Positions 1 through 12,996 of a stretch of DNA of 64,000 nt are shown here, piece by piece. Location of the stretch: positions 24,738,001 through 24,802,000 of the forward strand of contig OZ059900.1 of the NCBI GenBank assembly GCA_964057225.1. Reading direction: 5' to 3'. The notes below the pieces were generated by a model. That model had not been told where the DNA came from, searched no databases, and was given only the letters and a program-made list of their open reading frames with translations. The position numbers were made by a program, and so were the translations under genes. Within the stretch, counting starts at the first letter, position 1. Every line of letters begins with the position of its first letter. The DNA comes from Auanema rhodensis (Eukaryota > Animalia > Nematoda).

Positions 1-342
1 CATGGGAAATACTGTGTTTTTGTATTTTTCTAGTGTTCAGCATGTAAAATGCTTCATTTTAGTATGTAACACGCTGAAAGTCGTTGCATTTGACGACTCA
101 TATGAACAAAAATCGATTTAATCAATATTAGCCATAAGGGGCGTGCCCTCAGAATATGCTAATTTCCTTAGTTTTCTAACCCCTGTTTTTTTGTCGTGAA
201 AGTGGAACTAGACGTTGTACGAACAATTTTGAGCTAGGTTTCATTGACATTGCATGAGTTTGAACACATGAAATCGTAAGTCAAAACCTTGTTTACAGCG
301 AAATTTCCAAAAACTGGTTTTCCAGCATAATAAAATATTTCT
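1..342 (+). repeat. Representative monomer (342 bp, ~34% GC, many A/T tracts, one GC-rich patch GGGGCGTGCCC at 138-148)
   Basis: Read directly. The consensus has about 116 G+C in 342 bp and 10 CpGs by hand count. Confidence 0.97.
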
Positions 343-3300
343 CATGGGAAATACTGTGTTTTTGTATTTTTCTAGTGTTCAGCATGTAAAATGCTTCATT
401 TTAGTATGTAACACGCTGAAATTCGTTGCATTTGACGAATCATATGAACAAAAATCGATTTAATCAATATTAGCCATAAGGGGCGTGCCCTCAGAATATG
501 CTAATTTCCTTAATTTTCTAACCCCTGTTTTTTTGTCGTGAAAGTGGAACTAGACGTTGTACGAACAATTTTGAGCTAGGTTTCATTGACATTGCATGAG
601 TTTGAACACATGAAATCGTAAGTCAAAACCTTGTTTACAGCGAAATTTCCAAAAACTGGTTTTCCAGCATAATAAAATATTTCTCATGGGAAATACTGTG
701 TTTTTGTATTTTTCTAGTGTTCAGCATGTAAAATGCTTCATTTTAGTATGTAACACGCTGAAAGTCGTTGCATTTGACGACTCATATGAACAAAAATCGA
801 TTTAATCAATATTAGCCATAAGGGGCGTGCCCTCAGAATATGCTAATTTCCTTAGTTTTCTAACCCCTGTTTTTTTGTCGTGAAAGTGGAACTAGACGTT
901 GTACGAACAATTTTGAGCTAGGTTTCATTGACATTGCATGAGTTTGAACACATGAAATCGTAAGTCAAAACCTTGTTTACAGCGAAATTTCCAAAAACTG
1001 GTTTTCCAGCATAATAAAATATTTCTCATGGGAAATACTGTGTTTTTGTATTTTTCTAGTGTTCAGCATGTAAAATGCTTCATTTTAGTATGTAACACGC
1101 TGAAATTCGTTGCATTTGACGAATCATATGAACAAAAATCGATTTAATCAATATTAGCCATAAGGGGCGTGCCCTCAGAATATGCTAATTTCCTTAATTT
1201 TCTAACCCCTGTTTTTTTGTCGTGAAAGTGGAACTAGACGTTGTACGAACAATTTTGAGCTAGGTTTCATTGACATTGCATGAGTTTGAACACATGAAAT
1301 CGTAAGTCAAAACCTTGTTTACAGCGAAATTTCCAAAAACTGGTTTTCCAGCATAATAAAATATTTCTCATGGGAAATACTGTGTTTTTGTATTTTTCTA
1401 GTGTTCAGCATGTAAAATGCTTCATTTTAGTATGTAACACGCTGAAAGTCGTTGCATTTGACGACTCATATGAACAAAAATCGATTTAATCAATATTAGC
1501 CATAAGGGGCGTGCCCTCAGAATATGCTAATTTCCTTAGTTTTCTAACCCCTGTTTTTTTGTCGTGAAAGTGGAACTAGACGTTGTACGAACAATTTTGA
1601 GCTAGGTTTCATTGACATTGCATGAGTTTGAACACATGAAATCGTAAGTCAAAACCTTGTTTACAGCGAAATTTCCAAAAACTGGCTTTCCAGCATAATA
1701 AAATATTTCTCATGGGAAATACTGTGTTTTTGTATTTTTCTAGTGTTCAGCATGTAAAATGCTTCATTTTAGTATGTAACACGCTGAAATTCGTTGCATT
1801 TGACGAATCATATGAACAAAAATCGATTTAATCAATATTAGCCATAAGGGGCGTGCCCTCAGAATATGCTAATTTCCTTAATTTTCTAACCCCTGTTTTT
1901 TTGTCGTGAAAGTGGAACTAGACGTTGTACGAACAATTTTGAGCTAGGTTTCATTGACATTGCATGAGTTTGAACACATGACATCGTAAGTCAAAACCTT
2001 GTTTACAGCGAAATTACCAAAAACTGGTTTTCCAGCATAATAAAATATTTCTCATGGGAAATACTGTGTTTTTGTATTTTTCTAGTGTTCAGCATGTAAA
2101 ATGCTTCATTTTAGTATGTAACACGCTGAAATTCGTTGCATTTGACGACTCATATGAACAAAAATCGATTTAATCAATATTAGCCATAAGGGGCGTGCCC
2201 TCAGAATATGCTAATTTCCTTAATTTTCTAACCCCTGTTTTTTTGTCGTGAAAGTGGAACTAGACGTTGTACGAACAATTTTGAGCTAGGTTTCATTGAC
2301 ATTGCATGAGTTTGAACACATGAAATCGTAGGTCAAAACCTTGTTTACAGCGAAATTTCCAAAAACTGGTTTTCCAGCATAATAAAATATTTCTCATGGG
2401 AAATACTGTGTTTTTGTATTTTTCTAGTGTTCAGCATGTAAAATGCTTCATTTTAGTATGTAACACGCTGAAATTCGTTGCATTTGACGAATCATATGAA
2501 CAAAAATCGATTTAATCAATATTAGCCATAAGGGGCGTGCCCTCAGAATATGCTAATTTCCTTAATTTTCTAACCCCTGTTTTTTTGTCGTGAAAGTGGA
2601 ACTAGACGTTGTACGAACAATTTTGAGCTAGGTTTCATTGACATTGCATGAGTTTGAACACATGAAATCGTAAGTCAAAACCTTGTTTACAGCGAAATTT
2701 CCAAAAACTGGTTTTCCAGCATAATAAAATATTTCTCATGGGAAATACTGTGTTTTTGTATTTTTCTAGTGTTCAGCATGTAAAATGCTTCATTTTAGTA
2801 TGTAACACGCTGAAATTCGTTGCATTTGACGACTCATATGAACAAAAATCGATTTAATCAATATTAGCCATAAGGGGCGTGCCCTCAGAATATGCTAATT
2901 TCCTTAGTTTTCTAACCCCTGTTTTTTTGTCGTGAAAGTGGAACTAGACGTTGTACGAACAATTTTGAGCTAGGTTTCATTGACATTGCATGAGTTTGAA
3001 CACATGAAATCGTAAGTCAAAACCTTGTTTACAGCGAAATTTCCAAAAACTGGTTTTCCAGCATAATAAAATATTTCTCATGGGAAATACTGTGTTTTTG
3101 TATTTTTCTAGTGTTCAGCATGTAAAATGCTTCATTTTAGTATGTAACACGCTGAAATTCGTTGCATTTGACGACTCATATGAACAAAAATCGATTTAAT
3201 CAATATTAGCCATAAGGGGCGTGCCCTCGGAATATGCTAATTTCCTTAGTTTTCTAACCCCTGTTTTTTTGTCGTGAAAGTGGAACTAGACGTTGTACGA

Positions 3301-6300
3301 ACAATTTTGAGCTAGGTTTCATTGACATTGCATGAGTTTGAACACATGAAATCGTAAGTCAAAACCTTGTTTACAGCGAAATTTCCAAAAACTGGTTTTC
3401 CAGCATAATAAAATATTTCTCATGGGAAATACTGTGTTTTTGTATTTTTCTAGTGTTCAGCATGTAAAATGCTTCCTTTTAGTATGTAACACGCTGAAAT
3501 TCGTTGCATTTGACGACTCATATGAACAAAAATCGATTTAATCAATATTAGCCATAAGGGGCGTGCCCTCAGAATATGCTAATTTCCTTAGTTTTCTAAC
3601 CCCTGTTTTTTTGTCGTGAAAGTGGAACTAGACGTTGTACGAACAATTTTGAGCTAGGTTTCATTGACATTGCATGAGTTTGAACACATGAAATCGTAAG
3701 TCAAAACCTTGTTTACAGCGAAATTTCCAAAAACTGGTTTTCCAGCATAATAAAATATTTCTCATGGGAAATACTGTGTTTTTGTATTTTTCTAGTGTTC
3801 AGCATGTAAAATGCTTCATTTTAGTATGTAACACGCTGAAATTCGTTGCATTTGACGACTCATATGAACAAAAATCGATTTAATCAATATTAGCCATAAG
3901 GGGCGTGCCCTCAGAATATGCTAATTTCCTTAATTTTCTAACCCCTGTTTTTTTGTCGTGAAAGTGGAACTAGACGTTGTACGAACAATTTTGAGCTATG
4001 TTTCATTGACATTGCATGAGTTTGAACACATGAAATCGTAAGTCAAAACCTTGTTTACAGCGAAATTTCCAAAAACTGGTTTTCCAGCATAATAAAATAT
4101 TTCTCATGGGAAATACTGTGTTTTTGTATTTTTCTAGTGTTCAGCATGTAAAATGCTTCATTTTAGTATGTAACACGCTGAAATTCGTTGCATTTGACGA
4201 CTCATATGAACAAAAATCGATTTAATCAATATTAGCCATAAGGGGCGTGCCCTCAGAATATGCTAATTTCCTTAATTTTCTAACCCCTGTTTTTTTGTCG
4301 TGAAAGTGGAACTAGACGTTGTACGAACAATTTTGAGCTAGGTTTCATTGACATTGCATGAGTTTGAACACATGAAATCGTAAGTCAAAACCTTGTTTAC
4401 AGCGAAATTTCCAAAAACTGGTTTTCCAGCATAATAAAATATTTCTCATGGGAAATACTGTGTTTTTGTATTTTTCTAGTGTTCAGCATGTAAAATGCTT
4501 CATTTTAGTATGTAACACGCTGAAATTCGTTGCATTTGACGAATCATATGAACAAAAATCGATTTAATCAATATTAGCCATAAGGGGCGTGCCCTCAGAA
4601 TATGCTAATTTCCTTAATTTTCTAACCCCTGTTTTTTTGTCGTGAAAGTGGAACTAGACGTTGTACGAACAATTTTGAGCTAGGTTTCATTGACATTGCA
4701 TGAGTTTGAACACATGAAATCGTAAGTCAAAACCTTGTTTACAGCGAAATTTCCAAAAACTGGTTTTCCAGCATAATAAAATATTTCTCATGGGAAATAC
4801 TGTGTTTTTGTATTTTTCTAGTGTTCAGCATGTAAAATGCTTCATTTTAGTATGTAACACGCTGAAATTCGTTGCATTTGACGACTCATATGAACAAAAA
4901 TCGATTTAATCAATATTAGCCATAAGGGGCGTGCCCTCAGAATATGCTAATTTCCTTAGTTTTCTAACCCCTGTTTTTTTGTCGTGAAAGTGGAACTAGA
5001 CGTTGTACGAACAATTTTGAGCTAGGTTTCATTGACATTGCATGAGTTTGAACACATGAAATCGTAAGTCAAAACCTTGTTTACAGCGAAATTTCCAAAA
5101 ACTGGTTTTCCAGCATAATAAAATATTTCTCATGGGAAATACTGTGTTTTTGTATTTTTCTAGTGTTCAGCATGTAAAATGCTTCATTTTAGTATGTAAC
5201 ACGCTGAAAGTCGTTGCATTTGACGACTCATATGAACAAAAATCGATTTAATCAATATTAGCCATAAGGGGCGTGCCCTCAGAATATGCTAATTTCCTTA
5301 GTTTTCTAACCCCTGTTTTTTTGTCGTGAAAGTGGAACTAGACGTTGTACGAACAATTTTGAGCTAGGTTTCATTGACATTGCATGAGTTTGAACACATG
5401 AAATCGTAAGTCAAAACCTTGTTTACAGCGAAATTTCCAAAAACTGGTTTTCCAGCATAATAAAATATTTCTCATGGGAAATACTGTGTTTTTGTATTTT
5501 TCTAGTGTTCAGCATGTAAAATGCTTCATTTTAGTATGTAACACGCTGAAATTCGTTGCATTTGACGAATCATATGAACAAAAATCGATTTAATCAATAT
5601 TAGCCATAAGGGGCGTGCCCTCAGAATATGCTAATTTCCTTAATTTTCTAACCCCTGTTTTTTTGTCGTGAAAGTGGAACTAGACGTTGTACGAACAATT
5701 TTGAGCTAGGTTTCATTGACATTGCATGAGTTTGAACACATGAAATCGTAAGTCAAAACCTTGTTTACAGCGAAATTTCCAAAAACTGGTTTTCCAGCAT
5801 AATAAAATATTTCTCATGGGAAATACTGTGTTTTTGTATTTTTCTAGTGTTCAGCATGTAAAATGCTTCATTTTAGTATGTAACACGCTGAAAGTCGTTG
5901 CATTTGACGACTCATATGAACAAAAATCGATTTAATCAATATTAGCCATAAGGGGCGTGCCCTCAGAATATGCTAATTTCCTTAGTTTTCTAACCCCTGT
6001 TTTTTTGTCGTGAAAGTGGAACTAGACGTTGTACGAACAATTTTGAGCTAGGTTTCATTGACATTGCATGAGTTTGAACACATGAAATCGTAAGTCAAAA
6101 CCTTGTTTACAGCGAAATTTCCAAAAACTGGTTTTCCAGCATAATAAAATATTTCTCATGGGAAATACTGTGTTTTTGTATTTTTCTAGTGTTCAGCATG
6201 TAAAATGCTTCATTTTAGTATGTAACACGCTGAAATTCGTTGCATTTGACGAATCATATGAACAAAAATCGATTTAATCAATATTAGCCATAAGGGGCGT

Positions 6301-9300
6301 GCCCTCAGAATATGCTAATTTCCTTAATTTTCTAACCCCTGTTTTTTTGTCGTGAAAGTGGAACTAGACGTTGTACGAACAATTTTGAGCTAGGTTTCAT
6401 TGACATTGCATGAGTTTGAACACATGAAATCGTAAGTCAAAACCTTGTTTACAGCGAAATTTCCAAAAACTGGTTTTCCAGCATAATAAAATATTTCTCA
6501 TGGGAAATACTGTGTTTTTGTATTTTTCTAGTGTTCAGCATGTAAAATGCTTCATTTTAGTATGTAACACGCTGAAAGTCGTTGCATTTGACGACTCATA
6601 TGAACAAAAATCGATTTAATCAATATTAGCCATAAGGGGCGTGCCCTCAGAATATGCTAATTTCCTTAGTTTTCTAACCCCTGTTTTTTTGTCGTGAAAG
6701 TGGAACTAGACGTTGTACGAACAATTTTGAGCTAGGTTTCATTGACATTGCATGAGTTTGAACACATGAAATCGTAAGTCAAAACCTTGTTTACAGCGAA
6801 ATTTCCAAAAACTGGCTTTCCAGCATAATAAAATATTTCTCATGGGAAATACTGTGTTTTTGTATTTTTCTAGTGTTCAGCATGTAAAATGCTTCATTTT
6901 AGTATGTAACACGCTGAAATTCGTTGCATTTGACGAATCATATGAACAAAAATCGATTTAATCAATATTAGCCATAAGGGGCGTGCCCTCAGAATATGCT
7001 AATTTCCTTAATTTTCTAACCCCTGTTTTTTTGTCGTGAAAGTGGAACTAGACGTTGTACGAACAATTTTGAGCTAGGTTTCATTGACATTGCATGAGTT
7101 TGAACACATGACATCGTAAGTCAAAACCTTGTTTACAGCGAAATTACCAAAAACTGGTTTTCCAGCATAATAAAATATTTCTCATGGGAAATACTGTGTT
7201 TTTGTATTTTTCTAGTGTTCAGCATGTAAAATGCTTCATTTTAGTATGTAACACGCTGAAATTCGTTGCATTTGACGACTCATATGAACAAAAATCGATT
7301 TAATCAATATTAGCCATAAGGGGCGTGCCCTCAGAATATGCTAATTTCCTTAATTTTCTAACCCCTGTTTTTTTGTCGTGAAAGTGGAACTAGACGTTGT
7401 ACGAACAATTTTGAGCTAGGTTTCATTGACATTGCATGAGTTTGAACACATGAAATCGTAGGTCAAAACCTTGTTTACAGCGAAATTTCCAAAAACTGGT
7501 TTTCCAGCATAATAAAATATTTCTCATGGGAAATACTGTGTTTTTGTATTTTTCTAGTGTTCAGCATGTAAAATGCTTCATTTTAGTATGTAACACGCTG
7601 AAATTCGTTGCATTTGACGAATCATATGAACAAAAATCGATTTAATCAATATTAGCCATAAGGGGCGTGCCCTCAGAATATGCTAATTTCCTTAATTTTC
7701 TAACCCCTGTTTTTTTGTCGTGAAAGTGGAACTAGACGTTGTACGAACAATTTTGAGCTAGGTTTCATTGACATTGCATGAGTTTGAACACATGAAATCG
7801 TAAGTCAAAACCTTGTTTACAGCGAAATTTCCAAAAACTGGTTTTCCAGCATAATAAAATATTTCTCATGGGAAATACTGTGTTTTTGTATTTTTCTAGT
7901 GTTCAGCATGTAAAATGCTTCATTTTAGTATGTAACACGCTGAAATTCGTTGCATTTGACGACTCATATGAACAAAAATCGATTTAATCAATATTAGCCA
8001 TAAGGGGCGTGCCCTCAGAATATGCTAATTTCCTTAGTTTTCTAACCCCTGTTTTTTTGTCGTGAAAGTGGAACTAGACGTTGTACGAACAATTTTGAGC
8101 TAGGTTTCATTGACATTGCATGAGTTTGAACACATGAAATCGTAAGTCAAAACCTTGTTTACAGCGAAATTTCCAAAAACTGGTTTTCCAGCATAATAAA
8201 ATATTTCTCATGGGAAATACTGTGTTTTTGTATTTTTCTAGTGTTCAGCATGTAAAATGCTTCATTTTAGTATGTAACACGCTGAAATTCGTTGCATTTG
8301 ACGACTCATATGAACAAAAATCGATTTAATCAATATTAGCCATAAGGGGCGTGCCCTCAGAATATGCTAATTTCCTTAGTTTTCTAACCCCTGTTTTTTT
8401 GTCGTGAAAGTGGAACTAGACGTTGTACGAACAATTTTGAGCTAGGTTTCATTGACATTGCATGAGTTTGAACACATGAAATCGTAAGTCAAAACCTTGT
8501 TTACAGCGAAATTTCCAAAAACTGGTTTTCCAGCATAATAAAATATTTCTCATGGGAAATACTGTGTTTTTGTATTTTTCTAGTGTTCAGCATGTAAAAT
8601 GCTTCCTTTTAGTATGTAACACGCTGAAATTCGTTGCATTTGACGACTCATATGAACAAAAATCGATTTAATCAATATTAGCCATAAGGGGCGTGCCCTC
8701 AGAATATGCTAATTTCCTTAGTTTTCTAACCCCTGTTTTTTTGTCGTGAAAGTGGAACTAGACGTTGTACGAACAATTTTGAGCTAGGTTTCATTGACAT
8801 TGCATGAGTTTGAACACATGAAATCGTAAGTCAAAACCTTGTTTACAGCGAAATTTCCAAAAACTGGTTTTCCAGCATAATAAAATATTTCTCATGGGAA
8901 ATACTGTGTTTTTGTATTTTTCTAGTGTTCAGCATGTAAAATGCTTCATTTTAGTATGTAACACGCTGAAATTCGTTGCATTTGACGACTCATATGAACA
9001 AAAATCGATTTAATCAATATTAGCCATAAGGGGCGTGCCCTCAGAATATGCTAATTTCCTTAATTTTCTAACCCCTGTTTTTTTGTCGTGAAAGTGGAAC
9101 TAGACGTTGTACGAACAATTTTGAGCTATGTTTCATTGACATTGCATGAGTTTGAACACATGAAATCGTAAGTCAAAACCTTGTTTACAGCGAAATTTCC
9201 AAAAACTGGTTTTCCAGCATAATAAAATATTTCTCATGGGAAATACTGTGTTTTTGTATTTTTCTAGTGTTCAGCATGTAAAATGCTTCATTTTAGTATG

Positions 9301-9670
9301 TAACACGCTGAAATTCGTTGCATTTGACGACTCATATGAACAAAAATCGATTTAATCAATATTAGCCATAAGGGGCGTGCCCTCAGAATATGCTAATTTC
9401 CTTAATTTTCTAACCCCTGTTTTTTTGTCGTGAAAGTGGAACTAGACGTTGTACGAACAATTTTGAGCTAGGTTTCATTGACATTGCATGAGTTTGAACA
9501 CATGAAATCGTAAGTCAAAACCTTGTTTACAGCGAAATTTCCAAAAACTGGTTTTCCAGCATAATAAAATATTTCTCATGGGAAATACTGTGTTTTTGTA
9601 TTTTTCTAGTGTTCAGCATGTAAAATGCTTCATTTTAGTATGTAACACGCTGAAATTCGTTGCATTTGAC
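1..9670 (+). repeat. 15-monomer (5130-bp period) higher-order duplication with a nested 2-mer alternation
   Basis: Private variants recur exactly 5130 bp apart: ACTGGCTTTC 1681/6811, ACATCG 1981/7111, GCTTCCTTTT 3471/8601 and TTGAGCTATG 3991/9121. Confidence 0.92.
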
Positions 9671-12600
9671 GACTCTGATGAACAAAAATCGATTTAATCA
9701 ATATTAGCCATAAGGGGCGTGCCCTCAGAATATGCTAATTTCCTTAATTTTCTAACCCCTGTTTTTTTGTCGTGAAAGTGGAACTAGACGTTGTACGAAC
9801 AATTTTGAGCTAGGTTTCATTGACATTGCATGAGTTTGAACACATGAAATCGTAAGTCAAAACCTTGTTTACAGCGAAATTTCCAAAAACTGGTTTTCCA
9901 GCATAATAAAATATTTCTCATGGGAAATACTGTGTTTTTGTATTTTTCTAGTGTTCAGCATGTAAAATGCTTCATTTTAGTATGTAACACGCTGAAATTC
10001 GTTGCATTTGACGACTCATATGAACAAAAATCGATTTAATCAATATTAGCCATAAGGGGCGTGCCCTCAGAATATGCTAATTTCCTTAGTTTTCTAACCC
10101 CTGTTTTTTTGTCGTGAAAGTGGAACTAGACGTTGTACGAACAATTTTGAGCTAGGTTTCATTGACATTGCATGAGTTTGAACACATGAAATCGTAAGTC
10201 AAAACCTTGTTTACAGCGAAATTTCCAAAAACTGGTTTTCCAGCATAATAAAATATTTCTCATGGGAAATACTGTGTTTTTGTATTTTTATAGTGTTCAG
10301 CATGTAAAATGCTTCATTTTAGTATGTAACACGCTGAAATTCGTTGCATTTGACGACTCATATGAACAAAAATCGATTTAATCAATATTAGCCACAAGGG
10401 GCGTGCCCTCAGAATATGCTAATTTCCTTAATTTTCTAACCCTTGTTTTTTCGTCGTGAAAGTGGAACTAGACGTTGTACGAACAATTTTGAGCTAGGTT
10501 TCATTGACATTGCATGAGTTTGAACACATGAAATCGTAAGTCAAAACCTTGTTTACAGCGAAATTTCCAAAAACTGGTTTTCCAGCATAATAAAATATTT
10601 CTCATGGGAAATACTGTGTTTTTGTATTTTTCTAGTGTTCAGCATGTAAAATGCTTCATTTTAGTATGTAACACGCTGAAATTCGTTGCATTTGACGACT
10701 CATATGAACAAAAATCGATTTAATCAATATTAGCCATAAGGGGCGTGCCCTCAGAATATGCTAATTTCCTTAATTTTCTAACCCCTGTTTTTTTGTCGTG
10801 AAAGTGGAACTAGACGTTGTACGAACAATTTTGAGCTAGGTTTCATTGACATTGCATGAGTTTGAACACATGAAATCGTAAGTCAAAACCTTGTTTACAG
10901 CGAAATTTCCAAAAACTGGTTTTCCAGCATAATAAAATATTTCTCATGGGAAATACTGTGTTTTTGTATTTTTCTAGTGTTCAGCATGTAAAATGCTTCA
11001 TTTTAGTATGTAACACGCTGAAATTCGTTGCATTTGACGACTCATATGAACAAAAATCGATTTAATCAATATTAGCCATAAGGGGCGTGCCCTCAGAATA
11101 TGCTAATTTCCTTAATTTTCTAACCCCTGTTTTTTTGTCGTGAAAGTGGAACTAAACGTTGTACGAACAATTTTGAGCTATGTTTCATTGACATTGCATG
11201 AGTTTGAACACATGAAATCGTAAGTCAAAACCTTGTTTACAGCGAAATTTCCAAAAACTGGTTTTCCAGCATAATAAAATATTTCTCATGGGAAATACTG
11301 TGTTTTTGTATTTTTCTAGTGTTCAGCATGTAAAATGCTTCATTTTAGTATGTAACACGCTGAAAGTCGTTGCATTTGACGACTCATATGAACAAAAATC
11401 GATTTAATCAATATTAGCCATAAGGGGCGTGCCCTCAGAATATGCTAATTTCCTTAATTTTCTAACCCCTGTTTTTTTGTCGTGAAAGTGGAACTAGACG
11501 TTGTACGAACAATTTTGAGCTAGGTTTCATTGACATTGCATGAGTTTGAACACATGAAATCGTAAGTCAAAACCTTGTTTACAGCGAAATTTCCAAAAAC
11601 TGGTTTTCCAGCATAATAAAATATTTCTCATGGGAAATACTGTGTTTTTGTATTTTTCTAGTGTTCAGCATGTAAAATGCTTCATTTTAGTATGTAACAC
11701 GCTGAAATTCGTTGCATTTGACGACTCATATGAACAAAAATCGATTTAATCAATATTAGCCATAAAGGGCGTGCCCTCAGAATATGCTAATTTCCTTAAT
11801 TTTCTAACCCTTGTTTTTTTGTCGTGAAAGTGGAACTAGACGTTGTACGAACAATTTTGAGCTAGGTTTCATTGACATTGCATGAGTTTGAACACATGAA
11901 ATCGTAAGTCAAAACCTTGTTTACAGCGAAATTTCCAAAAACTGGTTTTCCAGCATAATAAAATATTTCTCATGGGAAATACTGTGTTTTTGTATTTTTC
12001 TAGTGTTCAGCATGTAAAATGCTTCATTTTAGTATGTAACATGCTGAAATTCGTTGCATTTGACGACTCATATGAACAAAAATCGATTTAATCAATATTA
12101 GCCATAAGGGGCGTGCCCTCAGAATATGCTAATTTCCTTAATTTTCTAACCCCTGTTTTTTTGTCGTGAAAGTGGAACTAGACGTTGTACGAACAATTTT
12201 GAGCTAGGTTTCATTGACATTGCATGAGTTTGAACACATGAAATCGTAAGTCAAAACCTTGTTTACAGCGAAATTTCCAAAAACTGGTTTTCCAGCATAA
12301 TAAAATATTTCTCATGGGAAATACTGTGTTTTTGTATTTTTCTAGTGTTCAGCATGTAAAATGCTTCATTTTAGTATGTAACATGCTGAAATTCGTTGCA
12401 TTTGACGACTCATATGAACAAAAATCGATTTAATCAATATTAGCCATAAGGGGCGTGCCCTCAGAATATGCTAATTTCCTTAATTTTCTAACCCCTGTTT
12501 TTTTGTCGTGAAAGTGGAACTAGACGTTGTACGAACAATTTTGAGCTAGGTTTCATTGACATTGCATGAGTTTGAACACATGAAATCGTAAGTCAAAACC

Positions 12601-12996
12601 TTGTTTACAGCGAAATTTCCAAAAACTGGTTTTCCAGCATAATAAAATATTTCTCATGGGAAATACTGTGTTTTTGTATTTTTCTAGTGTTCAGCATGTA
12701 AAATGCTTCATTTTAGTATGTAACACGCTGAAATTCGTTGCATTTGACGACTCATATGAACAAAAATCGATTTAATCAATATTAGCCATAAGGGGCGTGC
12801 CCTCAGAATATGCTAATTTCCTTAAATTTCTAACCCCTGTTTTTTTGTCGTGAAAGTGGAACTAGACGTTGTACGAACAATTTTGAGCTAGGTTTCATTG
12901 ACATTGCATGAGTTTGAACACATGAAATCGTAAGTCAAAACCTTGTTTACAGCGAAATTTCCAAAAACTGGTTTTCCAGCATAATAAAATATTTCT

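Noticed and set aside
243-298. Apparently invariant blocks (243-257 and 287-298) as conserved functional boxes
   Set aside because: With so few variable sites overall, invariant runs of 12-15 bp can occur by chance, and I cannot test significance by eye.
1-342. Assignment to alpha satellite (2 x 171), a CENP-B box or a named beetle satellite
   Set aside because: Only the length is suggestive. I see no alpha-satellite similarity or canonical CENP-B box and cannot verify a named family without a database search.
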